In this document: positions 7,480 to 13,982 of the stretch, piece by piece | Position numbering within the stretch: position 1 is the stretch's first letter | How the letters are laid out: each line of letters opens with the position of its first letter | Virus record (IMG/VR): IMGVR_UViG_2585427789_000028 | Coordinates: 1-15,233 of that record | Reading direction: 5' to 3' (one strand) | Source: a virus | Taxonomy: Duplodnaviria; Heunggongvirae; Uroviricota; Caudoviricetes | DNA: 15,233 bases | Program-made: the position numbers and the translations under genes | Notes under the pieces: model-generated | Seen by the model: only the letters and a program-made list of their open reading frames with translations | Database searches by the model: none | Told to the model about the DNA's origin: nothing

Positions 7480-8001
7480 TTACCTAAAAAACCACATATG
7501 GATATCACATACGACCCAGTACATAACCGGATGCCGCCACGGGAATCTTTCGGGACCACCAGGATATAAACTTTTTTCCTTGCTGTACCGGTGAAACTCC
7601 GCCATCACATCGTCAATGGTGACGCCAAGAACCATCTTGCTGTCTTTGCACCACTTGATGAATTGCCCAGGCGACGGCCAGAACGGAGATTCACTGGCGC
7701 GGGCGTGGCGCATACCAGCAGAAACTTGTTCACGGGTTCGGATCCCCCCTTCGGCAAACGCAGCAATCCACTGCTGTTTTGCAGCAACTTCCTGCTCTGG
7801 CGTCTTCAGGTTGGTTACCACTGCCGCCGGAAACAGTTGTTTCAGCTGTTTGAAAAGGGTATCAACAAGCCTCTCTGCTGACATGTTCACCACGTTGTCA
7901 TTGTTGGTGTACTGATGCTCATAACCTGACATGCGAGAAAGGGCTTCTCCGTCACGGTTTTGTATCGCGGTAAAAACGTTGTTCACAAGAAATCCTCCCA
8001 T
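7480..8001 (-). CDS. Lambda P-like replication protein (helicase loader), apparently C-terminally truncated
   Basis: Translation FPAAVVTNLK...WIAAFAEGGIRTREQVSAGMRHARASESPFWPSPGQFIKWCKDS aligns by eye with the lambda P N-terminal half (FPASLANRDQ...WVLAFRENGITTMEQVNAGMRVARRQNRPFLPSPGQFVAWCREE). The ORF ends about 80 residues short of lambda P (233 aa) just before the tailspike. Start codon uncertain. Confidence 0.65.
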   Translation of the reverse strand: MGGFLVNNVFTAIQNRDGEALSRMSGYEHQYTNNDNVVNMSAERLVDTLFKQLKQLFPAAVVTNLKTPEQEVAAKQQWIAAFAEGGIRTREQVSAGMRHARASESPFWPSPGQFIKWCKDSKMVLGVTIDDVMAEFHRYSKEKSLYPGGPERFPWRHPVMYWVVCDIHMWFFR

Positions 8002-8798
8002 GCTTCAGGGCTGTTCCAGTGCGGAACGTTGTTATCAGGTAATGTTGATTGCTTCTGTCTGCTAATCTGCAGCCGCCTTGCCAGCTTCTGCTCCCACTGT
8101 GCCTGATGGTATGCCTTACCCTCAGCCATCCAGTAAATTCTGAACTCTGCAAGTTCCTGTGCCGTTGGCAGACTGTCCAGGTAGATCCCCTGCAATGAGC
8201 TTTTCCGAAGAAAGTCATCTGATGGCCGCCATTGTTCATGCATGACAAATTTGCCTAATTGCCCTGGCCCACCAGGAGGAACAAAGTTATTCATCACGGC
8301 GTTGTTTGCGCCGGGGTCATGATGCACAGAATCCCCGTTTTTTGTCCTGCTCTCCCTCTCTTGGTTAAATGACTGGTTATATGACTGGTTCTGGATCCCG
8401 TTTTTGGGATCATTCAACATCCCGTTTTTGGGATCATTCAACATCCCGTTTTTGGGTATATTCCCGTTTTCGGTAACATTACCGTTTTCGGGTTCATTGC
8501 CCCCCTCCCGGTTGCCTTTAATGTTCCCGTTTTTGGTTATATTAAGAGAGAAAACCCGCACTCTTTTTGTCGCTCCCTTTCTCTCTCCGGTATCTGAAAT
8601 AAGCCCCATTTTCATGAGCGATATAAGCCCGGCCTGCACGGTTTTTTTATTCAGGCAAGTGTCTTTAACGAGGCGTTCTATGCTGGGGTAGCAGAGGTTA
8701 TATTCATCGGCTCTGTCAGCCATCGAGAGCAGTATGAGCTTTAATGATGAGCTACCTGGATCTGTCTCCCAGGCCCAATCTGTTGCATGTCTGCTCAT
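7983..8798 (-). CDS. O-like replication initiator protein containing internal iterons
   Basis: 271-aa ORF with GGAG SD, upstream of and overlapping the P-like gene. N-terminal HTH-like region. The central part is encoded by tandem DNA repeats (protein NGN/PKNG repeats), as in lambda O, which contains ori. Confidence 0.7.
   Translation of the reverse strand: MSRHATDWAWETDPGSSSLKLILLSMADRADEYNLCYPSIERLVKDTCLNKKTVQAGLISLMKMGLISDTGERKGATKRVRVFSLNITKNGNIKGNREGGNEPENGNVTENGNIPKNGMLNDPKNGMLNDPKNGIQNQSYNQSFNQERESRTKNGDSVHHDPGANNAVMNNFVPPGGPGQLGKFVMHEQWRPSDDFLRKSSLQGIYLDSLPTAQELAEFRIYWMAEGKAYHQAQWEQKLARRLQISRQKQSTLPDNNVPHWNSPEAWEDFL
8395..8542. repeat. Iteron array, putative phage replication origin inside the O-like gene
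   Basis: ATCCCGTTTTTGGGATCATTCAAC occurs twice exactly (8395-8418, 8419-8442), followed by degenerate copies with core CCGTTTT(T)GG through about 8542. An additional 10-bp direct repeat ATGACTGGTT lies at 8369-8378 and 8381-8390. Confidence 0.7.
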
Positions 8799-8813
8799 GA
8801 TTAATCTCCGCTA

Positions 8814-9014
8814 TCAGCTTGAGTGTTGTGGGGAGGAATTAATCATGATCTGCTTAATCTCTGCCCTGATGCGACGGTTTGATTCCATGGTGCACTCAAC
8901 ACAGTGTCCGTTGTAAACCCAGCGTTCACTGTCATGTCCATGCTTACATGGTTTTCCGGTGTAGTAGCGTTTAAGTCCGCGCTTTGCGGCATCAATACGT
9001 GTAATGATTTCCAT
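8814..9014 (-). CDS. Small Cys/His-rich (zinc-ribbon-like) protein between the Cro-like and O-like genes; function unknown
   Basis: ORF track gives 8814..9077. Start chosen at the internal ATG (MEIITRID...), the only one with a weak SD. Contains C-x2-H-x-H ... C-x2-C (GKPCKHGH...GHCVEC). Occupies the cII position. Confidence 0.45.
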   Translation of the reverse strand: MEIITRIDAAKRGLKRYYTGKPCKHGHDSERWVYNGHCVECTMESNRRIRAEIKQIMINSSPQHSS

Positions 9015-9117
9015 GGTAAGCCCTGTTATTAGTATTGGGATTACGGTCATTTTGTGCTGACACAAAAAAAAGATCAACCATATTTGGTTTTTTATTACCT
9101 TTGAGGTACGAATAGAT

Positions 9118-9143
9118 ATGAAAAGACCGCCGGGTGGCGGTCT
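9118..9143 (-). terminator. Putative intrinsic terminator downstream of the Cro-like gene (tR1-like position)
   Basis: On the minus strand: AGACCGCC-ACCC-GGCGGTCT followed by TTTTCATAT. An 8-bp GC-rich stem with a short T-run. Confidence 0.45.
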
Positions 9144-9164
9144 ACAGAGGGTTGTGGCTGGATA

Positions 9165-9395
9165 TCATGAGTAGAAGAAGTATGCCAGTTCTGCTTTTGA
9201 GCGCAGCCATTGTCTTGTTTTACAGGCTTTAAAAAGCCCATTCATCAATACCTTACCTGGCATTTTGCGCTTACCTGTTAAGTGAGTCTGGATATAGTGA
9301 CTCGTCGTTCCGGCTTCCTGTGCGAAGGCTTCACGCTCATCCGGAGTAAGTGCAAGCCAGTGCTTTTTGAAATCGAAATGTCCGTTATCGCTCAT
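9165..9395 (-). CDS. Cro-like / YdaS-type small HTH regulator
   Basis: 76-aa ORF divergent from the repressor gene. Translation LALTPDEREAFAQEAGTTSHYIQTHLTGKRKM resembles Cro/YdaS-family HTH proteins. Confidence 0.6.
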   Translation of the reverse strand: MSDNGHFDFKKHWLALTPDEREAFAQEAGTTSHYIQTHLTGKRKMPGKVLMNGLFKACKTRQWLRSKAELAYFFYS

Positions 9396-9549
9396 AGCTA
9401 TTGCCTGATATTTATTTCAGATAATAAATATTCACCCATAAGGTAACAAAAATCAAGGATAGTTACCTATGGGGTGCATTTACCTGTTGGGTAATATTGC
9501 TTTAAATTGAATCATCTACTGATTCATATATGAGGCGATTTTCCAGAAA
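9396..9549. promoter_or_regulatory. Divergent promoter/operator region of the immunity switch with repeated TTACC-N4-GGGT(AAT) palindromes
   Basis: Sites at 9463-9475 (TTACC-TATG-GGGT) and 9480-9495 (TTACC-TGTT-GGGTAAT), plus AGGTAAC at 9441-9447, between divergent Cro-like and repressor genes. Confidence 0.55.
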
Positions 9550-10134
9550 ATGAAAAGTATCCAGGACGTCCGCAGGCAAAATCTCAACGACTTGATCGAC
9601 CGTGAATTCAATGGTGTTCAGACGCGGATGGCTGAAAAACTTGGAACTCAGGCAAATCTGGTAAACCGCTGGGCTCTTGGCAAGAAGGTTATCGGCGACC
9701 AGGTTGCACGAAAAATTGAAGCTGCCGCCAATAAACCCCGTAACTGGCTTGATATTGATCGCTCGCTTTCTCAGGAGGGTTTTCAGCCTGTCGGCCCGAG
9801 TGATATAGGTCAGCTGGCGGCTCACAACCTGGAACGCTGGATGAGCGAAAGCCGCGACCTTTCAACGCAGGGAAAACTACACCGCGCATCCGGCGTCGCC
9901 CAGGTGACAATCAGCCGCCTGTTAAACAATGAGGTCAGCGTTTCCATTTCCACCCTGGAGAATGTTGCATCCGCATTCGGGCGTCACGGCTATGAATTAC
10001 TGATTCACCCGCACGACCCTGCGACCATCAACTATGATCGCTCGCGCTACGCATTGTTACCCGAAACCGAGAAAGCAAAGATCGAAAGTTACATTGAATT
10101 TGTCATCAACCAGAACGAAAAAAACAAACAATAA
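9550..10134 (+). CDS. Prophage repressor candidate with two HTH (XRE-type) domains and no recognisable LexA/S24 peptidase domain
   Basis: 194 aa. HTH-like segments GVQTRMAEKLGTQANLVNRW and GKLHRASGVAQVTISRLLNNE. Sits in the cI position, has its own terminator, and is flanked on both sides by operator-like palindromes. Confidence 0.65.
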   Translation: MKSIQDVRRQNLNDLIDREFNGVQTRMAEKLGTQANLVNRWALGKKVIGDQVARKIEAAANKPRNWLDIDRSLSQEGFQPVGPSDIGQLAAHNLERWMSESRDLSTQGKLHRASGVAQVTISRLLNNEVSVSISTLENVASAFGRHGYELLIHPHDPATINYDRSRYALLPETEKAKIESYIEFVINQNEKNKQ

Positions 10135-10155
10135 AATCATATTTTTCAGTAAGTA

Positions 10156-10179
10156 AGCCGCCTTCTGGCGGCTTTTTTA
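10156..10179 (+). terminator. Rho-independent terminator after the repressor gene
   Basis: AGCCGCC-TTCT-GGCGGCT followed by TTTTTT. Confidence 0.65.
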
Positions 10180-10187
10180 TTGCCTAT

Positions 10188-10287
10188 TCGATTACCTAAT
10201 GGGTAATTTTTTTAACTCATATCTATTGACACCAAACCAGATACGCATAATTATTACCTCAACGGTAACAGACCGAGGTAACAAGTT
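10188..10287 (+). promoter_or_regulatory. Early (PL-like) promoter with flanking operator palindromes
   Basis: TTGACA at 10226-10231, 17-nt spacer, AATTAT at 10249-10254. Operator-like sites ATTACC-TAAT-GGGTAAT (10191-10207) and TTACC-TCAAC-GGTAAC (10255-10270), plus AGGTAAC at 10276-10282. Confidence 0.5.
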
Positions 10288-10440
10288 ATGCAGTGGAAAA
10301 TCATCAACGGTTGGTACTGCGTTACTGCATGCGGATTCATGAGCTGGAAGTTCCGCACCTTACAGGAAGGCATTAAGTGGGCTTTCGTCAGCAAAGAAGC
10401 TCGCGATGTGGCCAACGATAACGAGATATGGGAGGGCTGA
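10288..10440 (+). CDS. Small protein (50 aa), first gene of the early operon; function unknown
   Basis: ATG at 10288 with GAGGT 8 nt upstream; stop TGA at 10438-10440. Translates MQWKIINGWYCVTACGFMSWKFRTLQEGIKWAFVSKEARDVANDNEIWEG. Not in the supplied ORF track (below its length cutoff). Confidence 0.4.
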   Translation: MQWKIINGWYCVTACGFMSWKFRTLQEGIKWAFVSKEARDVANDNEIWEG

Positions 10441-10442
10441 TA

Positions 10443-10742
10443 ATGAACGTTAATCAGCAGAAAAATCTTCAAAAAATCATGCTGGCATTCGACAAGGACT
10501 ACCGCCTGTCAGAACAGCTATATGACCGACAAGTTGAACTGATTGAGAGTATCCGGCTTCATCAACTGGCATCAACTTTCGACGTTGTAACAGTTAAAGG
10601 CGTTCGCCAGGAAGTACTGGAGGCCGCTAAAGACAGCCCTGAGTTCGAAGAACTAATGGATGCCTACCGGCGCGAGGCAATGGCAATTATCGCCCGCTGG
10701 GATCTGGCTGATCAGATTGATGGGCAGAGGGACGCGGCATGA
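10443..10742 (+). CDS. Hypothetical early protein (99 aa) immediately upstream of the recombination genes
   Basis: Start chosen at the ATG with GGAGGG SD (MNVNQQKNL...). Stop overlaps the exonuclease start (ATGA). Confidence 0.55.
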   Translation: MNVNQQKNLQKIMLAFDKDYRLSEQLYDRQVELIESIRLHQLASTFDVVTVKGVRQEVLEAAKDSPEFEELMDAYRREAMAIIARWDLADQIDGQRDAA

Positions 10743-11560
10743 ATCCGGGAATTTATTTCGATATCAGCAACGAGGACTACCACGCCGGTGACGGCGTGAG
10801 TAAGTCGCAGCTAGATATGGTGGCTAAGAACCCTGCCCTTCTGAAATGGGTGAAGGCTGCTCCGGAAGACGAAGAGAAGAAGTCTGCACTGGACATGGGT
10901 ACTGCTCTGCACTGTCTGCTTCTGGAACCTGGAGAGTTTGACAAACGCTTCATCGTTTCACCGAAATTCGATCGTCGGACAAAACAAGGTAAAGCTGACG
11001 AAGAGGCATTTATTCGTGATGTAGCGGATATGGGGATTTCGGTACTTGATGCAGAGCAGTGGCGAAAACTGGAGCTGATGCGTGATAGCGCAATGGCTCA
11101 CCCGGCGGCACGCTGGATGTTGGAAGCACCTGGTTACTGCGAAGCATCAATGTACTGGAACGATGAAGATACGGGTGAGTTGTGCCGAATTCGTCCAGAC
11201 AAATGGCTGAAAGAGCACAACGTGATCGTCGACGTGAAAAAGGTTGCAGATATGGACCGTTTTGCACGCCACATCGAGGAGTTCCGCTACCACGTGCAGG
11301 ACGCAATGTACCGCGAAGGCGCAATGAGGGTTACTGGTCAGCCACATGGTTTTTTCTTTCTTGCCGTGAGCGAAAGCATTGATTGTGGTCGGTATCCGGT
11401 ACGCGTGTTCGAGCTGGATGCGCCGGATGTCGATGCCGGGCACGCTCTGTTCCGCCGGGATCTGAATACCTATCACGAATGCCGCATCAACGATGAATGG
11501 GGCGGAGTGGAAATTATTAAACGCCCTGACTGGGCACGTAAACAGGATATGTACGTATGA
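10739..11560 (+). CDS. PD-(D/E)XK-family recombination exonuclease (RecE-like nuclease domain)
   Basis: 273 aa. Contains IRPD...IVDVKK consistent with a PD-(D/E)xK active site. Translationally coupled to, and directly upstream of, the annealing-protein gene. Confidence 0.7.
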   Translation: MNPGIYFDISNEDYHAGDGVSKSQLDMVAKNPALLKWVKAAPEDEEKKSALDMGTALHCLLLEPGEFDKRFIVSPKFDRRTKQGKADEEAFIRDVADMGISVLDAEQWRKLELMRDSAMAHPAARWMLEAPGYCEASMYWNDEDTGELCRIRPDKWLKEHNVIVDVKKVADMDRFARHIEEFRYHVQDAMYREGAMRVTGQPHGFFFLAVSESIDCGRYPVRVFELDAPDVDAGHALFRRDLNTYHECRINDEWGGVEIIKRPDWARKQDMYV

Positions 11561-12438
11561 GCAATGATATCGCAATCACATCACAACCAGGCGCAACTGT
11601 AGGCACTGCTGCGGCAATCTTCAGCCCCGAGGGCATGAATCAACTGGTGCGTTTCGCGGAGTTGATGTCACAAAGCAAAGCGACTGTACCGAAACATCTT
11701 GAAGGCAAACCTGCCGATTGCCTGGCGGTGACCATGCAGGCGGCACAGTGGGGAATGAACCCTTTCGCCGTGGCGCAGAAAACGCATGTGGTAAACGGAA
11801 CGTTAGGCTACGAAGCACAGTTGGTAAACGCGGTCGTATCCTCTTCCAGCCTGCTGGCGACACGCCTGAATTATCGCTGGAGCGGTGACTGGTCGAATGT
11901 TAACGGCAAAACAGATAAATCACCGAATCTGACGGTAACTGTGTCAGCAGTTCTTAAAGGAGAAGCAGAACCACGTGAGCTTACCATCAGTATGGCGCAA
12001 GCAGGAGTGCGTAACTCTCCATTGTGGGAACAGGATCCGCGCCAGCAACTTGCCTATCTTTGCACGAAACGATGGGCTCGCCTGCACGCTCCTGATGTAC
12101 TTCTCGGTGTTTACACCCCTGACGAATTACAGGAAACGGCACCGCGCGTTGAGCGAGACATTACTCCGCAAATGACTACGGCTGCGGGAATGAACAGTCT
12201 GATCAACGCTAAATCAGTGAAAAAGCCTGATGAGCAAACGCGTAAAGCGGATAGCCGTGAGCCAGAAGAAATGCTGATGGCCTTTACCAGCGCAGCGATG
12301 AATTACAGCACTGTCTCCGAACTGGATAAGGCTTACAAATACATTGCACAAAAACTTTCAGATGATGACGAACTGCTGGCAAAAGCCACCGACGTTTACA
12401 GCGTTCGTCGGGAAGAATTAAACGAAACATCTATGTAA
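11557..12438 (+). CDS. Single-strand annealing protein of the RecT/Red-beta superfamily
   Basis: 293 aa. Segments MQAAQWGMNPFAVAQK and SPLWEQDPRQQLAYLCTKRWARL resemble lambda Bet (ANQYGLNPWTKE, GPWQSHPKRMLRHKAMIQCARL) as recalled from memory. ATGA overlap with the nuclease gene. Confidence 0.8.
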   Translation: MSNDIAITSQPGATVGTAAAIFSPEGMNQLVRFAELMSQSKATVPKHLEGKPADCLAVTMQAAQWGMNPFAVAQKTHVVNGTLGYEAQLVNAVVSSSSLLATRLNYRWSGDWSNVNGKTDKSPNLTVTVSAVLKGEAEPRELTISMAQAGVRNSPLWEQDPRQQLAYLCTKRWARLHAPDVLLGVYTPDELQETAPRVERDITPQMTTAAGMNSLINAKSVKKPDEQTRKADSREPEEMLMAFTSAAMNYSTVSELDKAYKYIAQKLSDDDELLAKATDVYSVRREELNETSM

Positions 12439-12487
12439 CCACCACCGCGGCGCCACGCGCGCCGCACTGCAACCAAGAGAGGTATTT

Positions 12488-12736
12488 ATGAAAGGTGCAT
12501 TAGGTAAGAAGGAACTCCTGGCGGTGGTGCCACTGTCATGGAGCACTATCGACCGTATGGAGCGCGCAGGGGAATTTCCTAAACGCTGGTATATCACCGA
12601 TAAACGCTGCGCATGGAACCGTGATGAAGTTGAGCGTTGGCTTGATGAACGTCAGGCAGCAAGCCCGGCAGAGTTCCAGGGTAAAAAACCTCCTGTTCAG
12701 CAACGTGTATATCGTCCTGTGAGCAACGCGGCATGA
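12488..12736 (+). CDS. AlpA-family small DNA-binding protein (excisionase or transcriptional regulator)
   Basis: 82 aa with GAGG SD. Pattern LLAVVPLSWSTIDRMERAGEFPKRWYI...W..DEVERWL matches the AlpA/phage-excisionase HTH family. Confidence 0.7.
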   Translation: MKGALGKKELLAVVPLSWSTIDRMERAGEFPKRWYITDKRCAWNRDEVERWLDERQAASPAEFQGKKPPVQQRVYRPVSNAA

Positions 12737-12849
12737 GTGTGCTGCTAAGGCACTGGAGCAAATGGTCAGGATGGTACTTATTCCTGGCCTCTGTTTCAGC
12801 ATGGCTTTATCTGCTGGCATTAATTTTCAGAGAGGGTTGGATTAAGTGA
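12733..12849 (+). CDS. Small hydrophobic peptide (38 aa, single predicted TM helix, Trp-rich), translationally coupled to the AlpA-like gene
   Basis: ATG overlaps the AlpA-like stop (ATGA). Translates MSVLLRHWSKWSGWYLFLASVSAWLYLLALIFREGWIK. Stop overlaps the GTG start of the next ORF. Not in the ORF track (below cutoff). Confidence 0.35.
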   Translation: MSVLLRHWSKWSGWYLFLASVSAWLYLLALIFREGWIK

Positions 12850-13145
12850 GAAAGTTAAGCCGACTTGAAAAATATCACATGAACAAGGTTTCAATGCGCA
12901 GCCCTTCAAAGGTTGTTGCCGTTACTCCTGCGGCGATAGAGATCGAAAAACGCGCGATTGAAAGAGAGAAAAAAGGGCAGTTCCGCATTGCCGCCCACCT
13001 TTGGCTTCAGTGTATGGATGTTGCTTCTGGTGATGTTGAACGTGCAAGGATCGCGGTTCGCAGGGACCAATGTATCACAAAAGGTAACGGCCTTCGCCGT
13101 GGCGACTATAGCGGCATAGGATGTTGTGGGGTGGTTTATGACTAA
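12846..13145 (+). CDS. Hypothetical small protein (99 aa), possibly a PerC-like regulator
   Basis: GTG start overlapping the upstream stop (alternative ATG at 12880). The segment EKKGQFRIAAHLWLQCMDVASGDVERARIAVRRDQC loosely resembles PerC/Pch-family regulators from memory; unverified. Confidence 0.45.
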   Translation: MRKLSRLEKYHMNKVSMRSPSKVVAVTPAAIEIEKRAIEREKKGQFRIAAHLWLQCMDVASGDVERARIAVRRDQCITKGNGLRRGDYSGIGCCGVVYD

Positions 13146-13788
13146 GAAATACACACTAATCTATGCAGATCCACCCTGGGCATACCGGGACAAAGCCACA
13201 GATGGTAATCGCGGTGCCGGTTTTAAATATCCGGTTATGAGTGTGCTGGATATCTGCCGCCTTCCTGTGTGGGATTTGGCCGGTGAAAACTGTCTGTTGG
13301 CCATGTGGTGGGTGCCAACACAACCACTCGAAGCACTAAAAGTTGTTGAAGCCTGGGGATTCCGTCTGATGACCATGAAGGGCTTCACGTGGATAAAATG
13401 TGGTAGTCGACAACCAGATAAACTGGTTATGGGGATGGGACACATGACTCGCGCCAACAGTGAAGATTGCCTGTTTGCGGTAAAGGGAAAACTACCTCCG
13501 CGCATTAATGCAGGTATCGTTCAGTCATTTACCGCACCGCGGCTTGAGCATTCAAGAAAACCAGATGTCGTTCGTGAAAAACTTGTGCAATTGTTAGGCG
13601 ATGTTTCTCGCATTGAACTGTTCGCCAGACAGTCGTCTCATGGCTTCGATGTTTGGGGTAATCAGTGCGAAGACCCGGCAGTGCAACTACACCCAGGATA
13701 CGCGTTGGATATTGCCGGATTAACAAATGCATTCAGCAATGCTCCGCTGTCACCAACAGACAACCAGGGGCGGGAGCGTGCAGCATGA
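13138..13788 (+). CDS. N6-adenine DNA methyltransferase, MT-A70-like, with no adjacent restriction endonuclease in the window
   Basis: DPPW motif (LIYADPPWAY) near the N-terminus, typical of adenine-N6 methyltransferases. Start ATG at 13138 overlaps the upstream stop (ATGACTAA); the ORF track's 13126 would be a GTG start. Confidence 0.8.
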   Translation: MTKKYTLIYADPPWAYRDKATDGNRGAGFKYPVMSVLDICRLPVWDLAGENCLLAMWWVPTQPLEALKVVEAWGFRLMTMKGFTWIKCGSRQPDKLVMGMGHMTRANSEDCLFAVKGKLPPRINAGIVQSFTAPRLEHSRKPDVVREKLVQLLGDVSRIELFARQSSHGFDVWGNQCEDPAVQLHPGYALDIAGLTNAFSNAPLSPTDNQGRERAA

Positions 13789-13979
13789 ACAGGGCATCAC
13801 CAGCAGATTTAAGGAAATGCCTTGAAACTGCAAACATGCTTGCACACAGCGGGATCAGGTTTGTTCCAATTCCCGCTGTCACTGATGCTGAATTTGCAAC
13901 ACTGTCAGCAATATTCACAGATAAAATTGAATCACTGGCAGCAGAAGCCGAGATGGAAGAAAATCAGCAGAACTATTAA
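13785..13979 (+). CDS. Hypothetical small protein (64 aa), translationally coupled to the methyltransferase
   Basis: ATG at 13785 overlaps the methyltransferase TGA (ATGA). Stop at 13977-13979, 3 nt from the convergent integrase stop. Confidence 0.45.
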   Translation: MNRASPADLRKCLETANMLAHSGIRFVPIPAVTDAEFATLSAIFTDKIESLAAEAEMEENQQNY

Positions 13980-13982
13980 ACG

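Noticed and set aside
7591-7915. ORFs within or antisense to the P-like gene (7591..7881 +, 7616..7915 +, 7605..7787 -) and 7952..8248 (-) inside the O/P overlap
   Set aside because: The P-like and O-like frames have recognisable homology-type signatures; these alternatives do not.
8404-8691. Plus-strand ORF antisense to the O-like gene across the iterons
   Set aside because: Generated by the repeat structure (repetitive FLG/IPFLG peptide); no start context.
9502-9910. Minus-strand ORFs 9502..9825 and 9689..9910 antisense to the repressor gene
   Set aside because: The plus-strand frame carries the HTH motifs and fits the operator and terminator architecture.
11010-11863. Antisense ORFs within the exonuclease and annealing-protein genes (11010..11324, 11147..11575, 11621..11863, 11182..11382, 11975..12175)
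   Set aside because: They overlap well-supported, translationally coupled recombination genes. No independent evidence.
12446-12466. GC-rich hairpin (GCGGCGC-CACGC-GCGCCGC) between the annealing-protein and AlpA-like genes, considered as a terminator
   Set aside because: No downstream U-tract; it sits immediately before the SD of the next gene. More likely an RNA structure of unknown significance than an intrinsic terminator.
12846-13145. Confident assignment of the 99-aa protein as a PerC/Pch virulence regulator
   Set aside because: The resemblance rests on a loosely remembered motif and cannot be verified without a database search. Kept only as a low-confidence note in the feature call.
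13161-13918. Antisense or alternative ORFs within the methyltransferase and downstream small gene (13161..13505, 13529..13732, 13665..13979 long form, 13733..13918)
   Set aside because: The methyltransferase frame carries the DPPW motif. The 13665 start lies inside the methyltransferase; the coupled ATG at 13785 is the more plausible start for the small gene.
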